A DNA stretch of 64,000 nt, taken from Daejeonella sp. Its GTDB lineage: Bacteria; Bacteroidota; Bacteroidia; Sphingobacteriales; Sphingobacteriaceae. The notes below the pieces were generated by a model. The model saw nothing but the letters and a program-made list of their open reading frames with translations, was not told the origin of the DNA and ran no database searches. The DNA lies in assembly GCF_046590655.1 (NCBI RefSeq), contig NZ_JBKJUM010000042.1, forward strand, positions 17,395-81,394. Reading direction: 5' to 3'. This document shows positions 20,322 to 30,251 of this stretch, one piece after another; position 1 is the first letter of the stretch, and every line of letters begins with the position of its first letter. Made by a program: the position numbers and the translations under genes.

Positions 20322-20708
20322 TCACGGGTTAGTGAGATCATAGTTAAGAAGAGAGGCGATAATACAGGATTTAAGTTCTGCTGAATTAAATGGTTTCTTA
20401 AAAAAGCAATCTGCCTTGTAGGCCATCCGCTGTACTATGCCTTCCAGATTATCTGCGCTTGAGATTAGAATTACTGGTGTATTGGGGAATAACCCGCTTA
20501 TCTTCAGGTTGCGAATAAATGACTCCCCATCAATATAGGGCATTTCCAGATCAGAAATAATCAAATCCGGATTATTACCATCTTCAAGCCAGCTTAATGC
20601 TTCAGCGCCATTTTCCTTAACTACGAGGTCGTAATCAGCTGATAAAATAAAATTTAGGATTTTATGAATACTTAACTCATCATCAACAATCAGAATTTGT
20701 TTTCTCAT
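20322..20708 (-). CDS. Single-domain response regulator (REC)
   Basis: ILIVDDE, DLIISDLEMP and KKPF motifs. Confidence 0.92.
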   Translation of the reverse strand: MRKQILIVDDELSIHKILNFILSADYDLVVKENGAEALSWLEDGNNPDLIISDLEMPYIDGESFIRNLKISGLFPNTPVILISSADNLEGIVQRMAYKADCFFKKPFNSAELKSCIIASLLNYDLTNP

Positions 20709-20841
20709 TAATTTAATCCTTAAAGTTTAAGGTTTAATTCTAATTCGAGTATCGACGCATTTAAGTAATAATTCCAAAAAACTCGGGAATATCACTAAGG
20801 GGCTTGGGATACTATCGATTAAACTTAGACAGCTAAATTAG

Positions 20842-20856
20842 ACAAGCCTGATGCCA
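20842..20856 (-). promoter_or_regulatory. Possible sigma-54 -24/-12 promoter (TGGCATCAGGCTTGT)
   Basis: TGGCA-N6-TTG spacing, about 135 nt upstream of the response regulator. Confidence 0.4.
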
Positions 20857-21001
20857 GTTTTAATAACCTATGCTGGTGCTTTGAGAGTAGATTATTATTT
20901 TTGAGAAATCTCACTTTGGGAAATAATTTCCACAAATGTGGTAAAAAATTAACCAACTTATTTAATTATATTCTGTCAACGAAAAATTATTGTCAGCGAG
21001 C

Positions 21002-21502
21002 CTAATTCTTGGATAGCATCGGATAACCCTTGTTAATCCAATCCTGCTTCAAGTTGACCGGGATATTCAATAGTTTTCCATTTGTAAATCCCATCTTCTT
21101 CATAAGACTAAATGCAGGCCTGATATTGGGGCATTTCTCGAAGGGGCAGCAACCGCAATAAATAACTACCACCGTACTCTTTGGTAGATTCTTAAGATTT
21201 TGTTTTAGTTTATCTAGATTAACAACTTTACTGGCGGCTCCCAGGTTATTGGCACTCTCAATATCTTCCACCACTCCGATATTATAAATCACTGGACGTT
21301 TAGCTTTAGAATTTCTTAGGGTCAAAGCGAGATCTGCTGGTTGAAGCAGGTCCTTTGCTTTCCATAAATTTGGCATATCAAGAGTCTTGGAAGTGTTTGG
21401 TGATGTCTGCGCATTAACATCTTCAAAACTCCCCAGGATAATAAAAAGGCAAAGAATTTGAATGATTCTTAGATTGAAAGTATTGAATATCATCTGATCC
21501 AT
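21002..21502 (-). CDS. Exported rhodanese-like domain protein with Cys-rich loop
   Basis: Hydrophobic signal; VVIYCGCCPFEKCPNIRPA and DWINKGYP motifs; start uncertain (21502/21493). Confidence 0.75.
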   Translation of the reverse strand: MDQMIFNTFNLRIIQILCLFIILGSFEDVNAQTSPNTSKTLDMPNLWKAKDLLQPADLALTLRNSKAKRPVIYNIGVVEDIESANNLGAASKVVNLDKLKQNLKNLPKSTVVVIYCGCCPFEKCPNIRPAFSLMKKMGFTNGKLLNIPVNLKQDWINKGYPMLSKN

Positions 21503-21636
21503 TATGTGAATTTTTGAACTACACTTTTGAGAGAATCCATGTGACTTGACAGTCAAATCCAGGATAAGTTTCTGGTATACCCTTTAAACAAATCAAAAAT
21601 ACAAAGAATGTTTTTCTTTTAGAATGTGTGCAACAA

Positions 21637-22428
21637 TTATGTTAAAGCGAATAGCTCCATAGCCAGGATTAGCACGCCTGTCAGCAGAATAAACCATCCA
21701 AATATCTTTTTGATCCTTGTCGCTGGTAGCTGCCCGGAAAGCCAGTTGCCGATGAATGTCCCCGCAATGCCCAGTGCTGTTATTGAAAGCAATTTGGTCC
21801 AATCCATTGAATGATGTACAATATCTCCTGTAAATCCTACTAAAGAATTTAATGCTATAATTACTAAAGAAGATCCAACCGCCGTTTTGATATCGAGCGA
21901 AGCATAAAAAATTAGTGCCGGTATGATAATAAAGCCACCCCCTGCTCCCAGTAAACCAGATAATATACCCACAGCTATACCCAATAGTATCAGTCCTTGA
22001 GTTTGTGGTAATACCGGACGTTTGATTTCCTGAGGCTTCAGAATACCAATGGACGCAGCTATCATTAAAATCGCGAATAAGACCAACGCTAGAGGGCCTT
22101 TTCGAATTAGCATATCGTTATTCTGGTAAATGATATCCGGTATTGCCGGAATGAGAAACGTTCGGATGACGTAGACAGTTATTAGGGAAGGCAGACCGAA
22201 TGTAAGTGCAACTTTAAAGCTGATTTCCTTTTTGATCCATTTTTGTAGGGCTCCGACGGCACTTGTCGAGCCAACTATAAAAAGCGAATAAGCAGTAGCG
22301 AGTATTGGTTCAATATTAAAAAAGTAGACAAGTATCGGAACTGTCAAAACTGAACCTCCACCTCCTATAATCCCAAGTGAAAGGCCTATAAACAACGACG
22401 CAATGTAACCGACTATTTCCATCTCCAT
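21637..22428 (-). CDS. TauE/SafE-family sulfite exporter
   Basis: Repeated GxxGGGGSVLTVP / GAGGGFIIIP motifs, about 8 TMs. Confidence 0.92.
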   Translation of the reverse strand: MEMEIVGYIASLFIGLSLGIIGGGGSVLTVPILVYFFNIEPILATAYSLFIVGSTSAVGALQKWIKKEISFKVALTFGLPSLITVYVIRTFLIPAIPDIIYQNNDMLIRKGPLALVLFAILMIAASIGILKPQEIKRPVLPQTQGLILLGIAVGILSGLLGAGGGFIIIPALIFYASLDIKTAVGSSLVIIALNSLVGFTGDIVHHSMDWTKLLSITALGIAGTFIGNWLSGQLPATRIKKIFGWFILLTGVLILAMELFALT

Positions 22429-22687
22429 TATAGTTCAAATATGAGAAAGATAAACGTCACTCATGGATTAAATGGGACGGCAATTGAAATTACTGGGTGT
22501 GGATATTATTACTGCAGGGTGTTTACTTTTTAACACGGCTAACTTGCTGGAATACAGTTGGCTCGAAATAAAAAATAAAAATATTACGGTCTTATATAGT
22601 GAAACCGCATTTATCAGGAATGGACGTCGTGAAGTTTATTTCTTGGCTTGATTTTCGATGAAAGTGTTTTGTAAAAATACGATTACC

Positions 22688-22987
22688 ATGGCGAGAAGTA
22701 AAATAGCTGCGATTAAAAGCTGGATGAAAAATATGGGATTTAAGTTAATTAAATCCCACGTAATTAATGGCCGGACAACCAGGATTAATTATTATAGTTT
22801 AGGCAGTTTCGGGATTTACGAAGAAATTTCTAAAGGAATTAAGGATGGAAATAAAATTGCCGCAGACAAGCTTCGGTTCATCTCCTGGACACCGTGGGGG
22901 ATTGATTTTGAGGTTAATTCTGTCAATGATTTAAGCCAGGCATACCATGATTCCATTAACTATAATCCAGATATGGTTTTGACGTAG
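22688..22987 (+). CDS. Hypothetical protein
   Basis: About 99-aa ORF filling the gap between divergent/convergent genes; start could be 22658. Confidence 0.6.
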   Translation: MARSKIAAIKSWMKNMGFKLIKSHVINGRTTRINYYSLGSFGIYEEISKGIKDGNKIAADKLRFISWTPWGIDFEVNSVNDLSQAYHDSINYNPDMVLT

Positions 22988-22990
22988 AAA

Positions 22991-23848
22991 TTACAGGCTT
23001 TTGACCCCGTTATTGTGGATAAAAGTCGACAACTCATCTATGGGATGCTTGAGGATTTTCCCAACATGAATACCTTTGATTTCACACACTTCGATAAGTA
23101 TTTCTTTAAAATGAAATGCAACCGATCCAACAAAATGGCAAACCTGTTTTGTGTAGTCGGGTAATGATTTTATATTGGTTTCAACAAATTCCTCGAACCC
23201 GCTTTTTAAGAGTGCTGCAATGAAAGGGTGATCAATATGATCGCTCATAAACGGTGCGAAAGAAGCTAAAAATGAGTTTGGAGATGGTTGTTGATAGATT
23301 CGATTAATAACAGATTCTTTATCCACATTAAACTTCTTTTTAAATGTAGCCCTTAATTCCAGTGGCATTTTACCATATAAAAACGAGGTTAATAGCTTTC
23401 TGCCAAAAAAAGTTCCAGAGCCCTCGTCTCCGAGAATATACCCCAATCCATGGTTGCTTTCGTGAATTTTGCTACCATCGAAATACGAGATATTAGATCC
23501 TGTTCCCAAAATGCAACAAATTCCCTCGGATGATCCGCAGGTTGCATAAATGGAGGCAATTATGTCGACATCTACACTTACAAATGCGTTCTTAAATACT
23601 TTAGAAAGAGCGTTTGATATAATTTCTCTTCGATCGGGACTTGAACAACCAGCACCAAAAAAGTAGATCTCTTTTACCTGACCAACGTATTCCTGAATCT
23701 CAGAAGCATTATGAAATATCTGCGTTATATCTTTCTCTGTTAGAAAAAAAGGGTTGATTCCCTTAGTCCTGAAATGGATTGTCTGATTGTCAGAGCGTGT
23801 TAATATCCAGTCTGCCTTGGTGGAGCCGCTATCAGCAACTAATAACAT
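22991..23848 (-). CDS. BadF/BadG-type N-acetylglucosamine kinase-like protein
   Basis: ADSGSTKADW, FFGAGC, ILGTGSN and GYILGDEGSG motifs. Confidence 0.9.
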   Translation of the reverse strand: MLLVADSGSTKADWILTRSDNQTIHFRTKGINPFFLTEKDITQIFHNASEIQEYVGQVKEIYFFGAGCSSPDRREIISNALSKVFKNAFVSVDVDIIASIYATCGSSEGICCILGTGSNISYFDGSKIHESNHGLGYILGDEGSGTFFGRKLLTSFLYGKMPLELRATFKKKFNVDKESVINRIYQQPSPNSFLASFAPFMSDHIDHPFIAALLKSGFEEFVETNIKSLPDYTKQVCHFVGSVAFHFKEILIEVCEIKGIHVGKILKHPIDELSTFIHNNGVKSL

Positions 23849-23856
23849 AGTAATAT

Positions 23857-24249
23857 CTATATTTCTTCAAGTATCTGATTTGTTAGGGGTTTACCTATAA
23901 ACTTGGATACAAGGTGGTTTTCTTTTATACGTTTTAAATCCTTTGGATCAAGTGATGAAGAGAGAACGTAAATTTTGAATAAATCAGGTTTTAGATTAGG
24001 AAGTTCAATTATAGACTTGAGAAACTCAAATCCACTCATTACGGGCATTCTTAGATCGAGAAAGATAACTTCCGGAATATTTTTTCCTGTTGTTATTGAA
24101 TCGCGTACAAAATCGAAAGCTTCCTGCGGTGAGTCTATTACAGTGATTATTTCAGCGAAATTGGCATTATCTAATATTTTGCGATTGATCAGGTTGTCAA
24201 TGTGATTATCGTCAATAAGTAACACATTTTTATATCTATACGCATTCAT
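23857..24249 (-). CDS. Single-domain response regulator (REC)
   Basis: LLIDDN, IFLDLRMPVMSGFEFL, LSSS and KPL motifs. Confidence 0.92.
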   Translation of the reverse strand: MNAYRYKNVLLIDDNHIDNLINRKILDNANFAEIITVIDSPQEAFDFVRDSITTGKNIPEVIFLDLRMPVMSGFEFLKSIIELPNLKPDLFKIYVLSSSLDPKDLKRIKENHLVSKFIGKPLTNQILEEI

Positions 24250-24297
24250 CCAATCAAAAATACTAAATCTTTGGACTTTAGCAAATAATGGTCCCTT

Positions 24298-25611
24298 CTA
24301 ATTAAGTGAGAGTGCTCCGGAAAGTTGCTGAAGTGATATCTCTGCAAGCTTAGCCTGGTACTGAGAATTTGTAAATCTCGCGCTTGCGTCGATGTAGTTC
24401 CGTTGAGCTTCTCTGAATTCGAGTGGGGCGACACTACCAAGCCTGAATTTTTCCATCGTAATATCCAGATTCTGCCGGGCTACTTCCAGGTTTTGTTTCT
24501 CGAGACGCATCAGTTCGAGGTTTGTTTGAAAGGTTTGGTAGAATGAATTTAATTGGGCTGAAATATTCTGATTGATCTTTTCATATTCCAACTGAGCATT
24601 ATCTATTTCGATTGATGCAGTTTTCTCATTTCTATTCTGAAGCATCCCGTTAAAAAGGTTAATCGATGCTGTCATTCCATAATTTAATCCCCGTCCGACA
24701 GAGTTTCTCGCAAAGCCTAGTGCGGAGGTTGATTTATTGAAATTATACCCTGTATTGACTGAAACATTAGGATATCGCAAAGCTTTAACTTGTTTTAAGT
24801 TGAGTTCTGCAATTCGTTTGTTGATTATTGCCAATTGCAAGGCAGGATTTTGTTGATTCGCTATTGTTTGTAAATCAGCAAGTACAAGCTTATTCTGAAT
24901 GATGATTGTGTCTGATACTGTAAAATCTGTGGAAATGTCTCTCGCCAGTAATTCGTTAAGTCTAATCTTAGTGCCTCTGTACAGATTAAGTTGTCTTAAT
25001 AAATTTGTTGTATCAGTATTAAGATCAACAGTTGCAACCAAGACTTCTAATTTAGCGGCACGCCCGATTGTATATCTGTTTTCTGAATTCCTTAATCTTA
25101 ACCTCGAAATATCAACTGCGCCATCCAGGGCTTTTATTTGCTGTTGCTGCTGGACTAAATCATAATAATTGTTAATTACATCCGCCAGCGTGGTTTGAAT
25201 AGTTAATCTGAAATTAGACTCGCCTAATTGCTGCAATTCTTTTAACTGGTCGTACCGCGCAAACATGCCGAAACCGTCGAACACCTGCCAGTTTAATACC
25301 GGACCAAAGCCTAAATTTGAATTCCGGGCTCCATTTCTTTCCTGAGTTACACCACTGGCGAGTGTTTGTTTGGTATTAGACATTGTATTATTTGAACTAA
25401 AGTTTCCGGTAACTACGGGAAGCATTCCGGCGTTAGCGCGACTAACATTGGTTTTGGCTATTTCAATATCATTCCTCGTGACTTTAATATCGTAATTATT
25501 TTCAAGTGCAATCTGCACCGCTTGTTCCAGTGTCAGCCGTTCCTGTGCATTCGAGCTTAGTGTTAGAGCAAAATAGGTAGTCAGATATAATATTATTCCT
25601 TTGAATTTCAT
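24298..25611 (-). CDS. TolC-family outer membrane efflux protein
   Basis: Signal peptide, LTLEQAVQIALENN, two OEP repeats; in operon with the RND genes. Confidence 0.93.
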   Translation of the reverse strand: MKFKGIILYLTTYFALTLSSNAQERLTLEQAVQIALENNYDIKVTRNDIEIAKTNVSRANAGMLPVVTGNFSSNNTMSNTKQTLASGVTQERNGARNSNLGFGPVLNWQVFDGFGMFARYDQLKELQQLGESNFRLTIQTTLADVINNYYDLVQQQQQIKALDGAVDISRLRLRNSENRYTIGRAAKLEVLVATVDLNTDTTNLLRQLNLYRGTKIRLNELLARDISTDFTVSDTIIIQNKLVLADLQTIANQQNPALQLAIINKRIAELNLKQVKALRYPNVSVNTGYNFNKSTSALGFARNSVGRGLNYGMTASINLFNGMLQNRNEKTASIEIDNAQLEYEKINQNISAQLNSFYQTFQTNLELMRLEKQNLEVARQNLDITMEKFRLGSVAPLEFREAQRNYIDASARFTNSQYQAKLAEISLQQLSGALSLN

Positions 25612-25634
25612 TCTTAAAATCGGCTATAACGCAT

Positions 25635-28600
25635 TTATAAATGGGCAAGTTCCAGCTTTTCCTCTTTGTCTTCAGTGTTTTCACCTTCCCCAAAATCAGG
25701 AAGTTGTTTGTGTTCCTTAGACCACATTGAATATATTGCCGGGATAACGAAGAGAGTTAAAACGAGAGAAAATAAAGTCCCTCCAATAATCACAATTCCC
25801 ATACTCATTCTGCTCTTTGCCGCTGCGCCTAAAGCCATAGCGATAGGTAATGCTCCCAGGGCAATAGCGAGGCTGGTCATAAGTATCGGACGTAAGCGGG
25901 CCACAGATGCTTCCACTATCGCCTTTTGAAGAGGAATTCCACGCTCCTTTAGCTGGTTCGCAAATTCTACGATCAGAATTCCGTTCTTCGTGACTAATCC
26001 TATGAGCATAATGGTACCGATCTGACTGAAGATGTTCCATGTTTGACCAAAAAGCCATAGCGATAGAAACGCGCCCGCTACAGCCATCGGAACTGTAATA
26101 ATGATAATTAGCGGGTCTATAAAACTCTCAAACTGCGCTGCTAGAATAAGATAGACCAACAGGAGGGCTAAGCCGAAAGCAAAGAGCGTATTCGAGGAAC
26201 TTTCCTGAAAGTCTCTTGACTCGCCGCTAAGGGACGTTGTAAATGTGTCATCAAGAACTTTATCCGCTATTCGATCCATCGCATCAATACCATCGCCAAT
26301 GCTTTTTCCCGGTGCTAATCCTGCAGAGACTGTTGCGGACAGGAATCTATTGTTATGATAAAGCTGTGGGGGACTACTAATTTCTCTCACTGAGACAAGG
26401 TTGTCTAGTTGGATCAGTTGTCCCTGGTCATTTCTTACAAATGTTGAAGTTAGATCCAGTGGATCATCCCTGTCGCTTTTCGCATACTGGCCCAACACCG
26501 AATATTGTTTACCGTTCATAATGAAATAGCCAAACCGTTGCCCGCTTAATGCGAGTTGTAGAGATTGAGCTACATCAAGCACGGATACACCAAGGCTTTG
26601 GGCCTTATCGCGGTCTATGCTTATATTTATTTCAGGCTTATTGAACTTGAGGTTTACATCACTATTTGAAAAAGTAGGATCTTTTGCAGCCTCATTCAAA
26701 AAAAGCGGGATCTTCTCCTGCAATTTGGCAAAATTAGGTGCCTGAATGATAAATTGTATAGGTAAACCACCGCGGCGGTTCACAGCAATAGTAGGTTGCT
26801 CAGTCACCTGGGTCCTGCCGGAAGTATATTTTCTGGTCATGCTTGTCAGGGAATTGGCAATCTCTTTCTGTGAACGATTGCGTTCGCCAGGCTCTGTAAG
26901 CCCAATACGCAAAAAACCTGAGTTTGTCGAGCCCATTCCACCAAATCCGGGAGATGTAAAACCGATATTGACTATTTTCTCTGGTATAGAATCGTTAACT
27001 AATTTAGTCAAGTCGAGAATAAACCTGTCCATATACTCGAATGTAGCTCCTTCGGGGGCACTTGCCTGCACGCTAATGAAACTTCGGTCATCATAGGGTG
27101 CAGTTTCTTTCTGAAGCGTAAACCAGAAGAGGGCAATCATGGCTATGCAAATTGCAATAATGGGGAAACTGACCCATCTTCTGGTCATAAAACTTTCCAA
27201 TGCGTCTGAATACCCAGTTGTCATCTTCACGAAATAAGGCTCAGTCATGTTGTAGAACTTTGATTTCTTCTGCACTCCGCCTTTCATCAGATACGCATTA
27301 AGCATCGGCGTAAGGGTTAGCGAAACAAAAGCTGAAATAAGTACCGCTGCACCTATCACCACTCCAAATTCCCTAAACAGCCGTCCTACGAAACCTTCCA
27401 GGAAAATTACTGGTAGAAATACTGCAGCGAGTGTAACCGAAATCGAAATTACTGCCCAAAATATTTCGTTAGAACCTTTTATTGCCGCTTCAAACGGCGA
27501 CATACCTTCTTCAACCTTTTTATAGATATTCTCGGTCACAACGATTCCATCATCTACCACCAGACCCGTTGCCAGGACAATTGCCAGGAGGGTAAGTACG
27601 TTGATGGAAAAGCCGAAAAGGTACATAATGAAAAATGTTGCTATTAATGATACTGGGATATCAATCAGGGGCCTGAAGGCAATACTCCAGTCGCGGAAAA
27701 AGAGGTAAATAATAAGGATAACTAAAATCAGGGAGATTAAAATTGTTTCGGCAACCTCCATCACAGAATTTTTAATAAACACGGTGTTGTCAATTGCTGG
27801 CTTTAGCTCAATATCTTTAGGAAGTTCTTTTAATATTTGCTCAAAACGTGCATTAACAAGCTTAGCAATCTCAAGATAATTTGTTCCAGGCTGCGGTGTA
27901 ACAGCGAGACCAATCATTGGTGTTCCCGACTCCCTCATTACACTTTCCATGTTTTCTGGCGCAAGTACAGCCTCGCCAACATCGCTAAACCTCGTAATTC
28001 GATTTGAATCAGTTTTAAGTATAAGATTGTTGAAACCCTCTACGGTGTTCAGGTTGCCTATGGTCTTTATGCCGAGTTCAGTATTATTACCGGTAAGTTT
28101 GCCGGAAGGCAACTCTACATTTTGCTGGTTCAATGCATTTCGGATATCCAGTGCAGTGAGCCCATATGCCGAAAGCTTGTTAGGATCGATCCACATGCGC
28201 ATTGCATACCTTTTTTCACCCCAAATGCGCAAACTACTTACGCCAGGGATCGTTTGAAACCTTGGTACAATGGTGTTGTCGGCATATTTACTGAGCTCCA
28301 GTGCATTGCGAACACTGCTTTTCATGGTGTAAACCATGATCGGCTGCGAATCAGCATCTTGTTTCGATACGACGGGTGGAGAGTCAATATCTTGTGGCAG
28401 ACTCCCGGAAGCCTGTGACACCTTATCCCGGATGTCATTTGCAGCCTCTTCCAGATTCTTGTCAAGAGTAAATTCAACGGAAATATTGCTTATTCCCTGG
28501 CTGCTGGAGGAAGTTATATTCCGGATCCCATCAATAGAATTTAGCGCCTTTTCAAGGGGCTCGGTAATCTGCGACTCAATAACGTCTGAGTTAGCACCCG

Positions 28601-28754
28601 CATACCTTGTTTGTACCGAAATTATTGGGGGGTCAATAGACGGGAACTCTCTGATACCCAAAAATGTGAAACCGATAATACCAAAAAGTACAAGCACTAA
28701 ATTCATGACAATAGCCAGAACCGGTCTTTTTATGCTGGTGGATGATAAGCTCAT
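25635..28754 (-). CDS. RND efflux permease (AcrB/HAE1 family)
   Basis: IKRPV, GLVVDDGIVVTEN, KNGILIVEF and RLRPILMTS motifs. Confidence 0.96.
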   Translation of the reverse strand: MSLSSTSIKRPVLAIVMNLVLVLFGIIGFTFLGIREFPSIDPPIISVQTRYAGANSDVIESQITEPLEKALNSIDGIRNITSSSSQGISNISVEFTLDKNLEEAANDIRDKVSQASGSLPQDIDSPPVVSKQDADSQPIMVYTMKSSVRNALELSKYADNTIVPRFQTIPGVSSLRIWGEKRYAMRMWIDPNKLSAYGLTALDIRNALNQQNVELPSGKLTGNNTELGIKTIGNLNTVEGFNNLILKTDSNRITRFSDVGEAVLAPENMESVMRESGTPMIGLAVTPQPGTNYLEIAKLVNARFEQILKELPKDIELKPAIDNTVFIKNSVMEVAETILISLILVILIIYLFFRDWSIAFRPLIDIPVSLIATFFIMYLFGFSINVLTLLAIVLATGLVVDDGIVVTENIYKKVEEGMSPFEAAIKGSNEIFWAVISISVTLAAVFLPVIFLEGFVGRLFREFGVVIGAAVLISAFVSLTLTPMLNAYLMKGGVQKKSKFYNMTEPYFVKMTTGYSDALESFMTRRWVSFPIIAICIAMIALFWFTLQKETAPYDDRSFISVQASAPEGATFEYMDRFILDLTKLVNDSIPEKIVNIGFTSPGFGGMGSTNSGFLRIGLTEPGERNRSQKEIANSLTSMTRKYTSGRTQVTEQPTIAVNRRGGLPIQFIIQAPNFAKLQEKIPLFLNEAAKDPTFSNSDVNLKFNKPEINISIDRDKAQSLGVSVLDVAQSLQLALSGQRFGYFIMNGKQYSVLGQYAKSDRDDPLDLTSTFVRNDQGQLIQLDNLVSVREISSPPQLYHNNRFLSATVSAGLAPGKSIGDGIDAMDRIADKVLDDTFTTSLSGESRDFQESSSNTLFAFGLALLLVYLILAAQFESFIDPLIIIITVPMAVAGAFLSLWLFGQTWNIFSQIGTIMLIGLVTKNGILIVEFANQLKERGIPLQKAIVEASVARLRPILMTSLAIALGALPIAMALGAAAKSRMSMGIVIIGGTLFSLVLTLFVIPAIYSMWSKEHKQLPDFGEGENTEDKEEKLELAHL

Positions 28755-28759
28755 AAAAA

Positions 28760-29845
28760 TTAATTTGGTATGATTTTTACTTTTATCTGGCTATCGGGTT
28801 TTAGAGCCATAATGCCGGTTATCAATACAGTATCTCCTTTTTGCAAGCCCGAAGTAACCAATACTTCTTTCTCGGTACGGCTACTTGTTTCAATTAGAAC
28901 TTCCACAGCTTTGCCATTTCTGGCGATAAAAACCTTTTTTCCCTGTTCTACAGGAATTATTGATTCTGAAGGGATTAGTATAGCGTTCGAAATAGTTGCG
29001 AGGGGCAGGTCAACTTTTGTAAATGACCCAGGAAGCAATTCACCCCCAGGGTTAGATGCCCGCGCGGCTATCTGAAGAGTACGTGAGGTTGAGTTGATGC
29101 CAGGCTCTATAGCATAAACCCGGGCCGTGTTGCTTTTGCTCGAGCCCGCAACACTGAATTGAATAGTTGAGCCGGTTAGCATTTGCTGCGAATACTTCTC
29201 AGGAACAGAAAATATAACTTTGATGGGATCAATGCTTATCAGACTTGCGACTATCGTTGCAGGAGTAATGTAGCCTCCAACAGACACGGTACGCAGTCCG
29301 ATTCTGCCACTAAAGGGGGCTATCACTAACGTTCTGGAGATTTGTGCCCGTATCAATCGTGTGGCGGCCTGCAGGGTGCTTTTATCCGCAAGAGCTATAT
29401 CATATTCTTCGTTACTGATAGCCTCTTTAGTTAATAATAATTTAGCTCTGCGTTCAGTTTCTGAAGCCAACTTTTCACGAGTCAATGCCTGAGATAACTG
29501 TGCCTGGAGTTCTATATCGTTTATTTTGAGTAAGGTTTGTCCTTTTCTGACGTTACTTCCTTCTTTAAAATATAAACCTTTAATGATCCCGGACACTTCC
29601 GATCTGATTTCTATCTGTTCATTAGCTTCAAGAGAACCTGTTACTGATAGAGAATTCGAGAAGTTTTTCGGCTCAACTATAATACCGTTCACAGGTACCA
29701 TCGATCCCGCGGGAGCACCCCCTCGCCCGCCAGCGCCCCCTCTGGCACCCGCGTTTCCTAATTGGCTATTTGCTTTGATTCTGTAGACAACAAAGGCTCC
29801 AAAAAGGAGAAACAGAATTGTGTATACAATATACTTGATTTTCAT
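28760..29845 (-). CDS. RND periplasmic adaptor (MFP)
   Basis: N-terminal TM, SEVSG..EG..V.KGQ.L, APFSGRIG motifs. Confidence 0.94.
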   Translation of the reverse strand: MKIKYIVYTILFLLFGAFVVYRIKANSQLGNAGARGGAGGRGGAPAGSMVPVNGIIVEPKNFSNSLSVTGSLEANEQIEIRSEVSGIIKGLYFKEGSNVRKGQTLLKINDIELQAQLSQALTREKLASETERRAKLLLTKEAISNEEYDIALADKSTLQAATRLIRAQISRTLVIAPFSGRIGLRTVSVGGYITPATIVASLISIDPIKVIFSVPEKYSQQMLTGSTIQFSVAGSSKSNTARVYAIEPGINSTSRTLQIAARASNPGGELLPGSFTKVDLPLATISNAILIPSESIIPVEQGKKVFIARNGKAVEVLIETSSRTEKEVLVTSGLQKGDTVLITGIMALKPDSQIKVKIIPN

Positions 29846-30251
29846 ATAGTGGCTTAAGATTTAATTTGAGGGGTTTTGGTTGCGTACAATATCTAATTAT
29901 TTATTTATTCTGTTTTGGTCATATCCCGAAATTTAGACTACTAAATCGGTTAAAGGTTTAAGATGCATAAAGATGTTTACTTTACACCAAATCAAAAACT
30001 TGATTTTCCTGTTAAAATTAAAAACGGTTTAAAAGTTGGAAAGGGTACAAATAAAGGAAGATTATCAAAATCTCCTAACCAAATTAAGGTGAGCTAAATC
30101 ATTTGTTCAAGAGAAAGATGTTTTTTCAGTTTCCACACAAAGCTATTTTTTCTATTTTCAAATAGATTGTTGTAGCAACTATTTTACAGCTTAATTTAGC
30201 CGCTTATATTAAATCCTAAGCATTAACTTAATTTTGGCACAAATCCGAATT

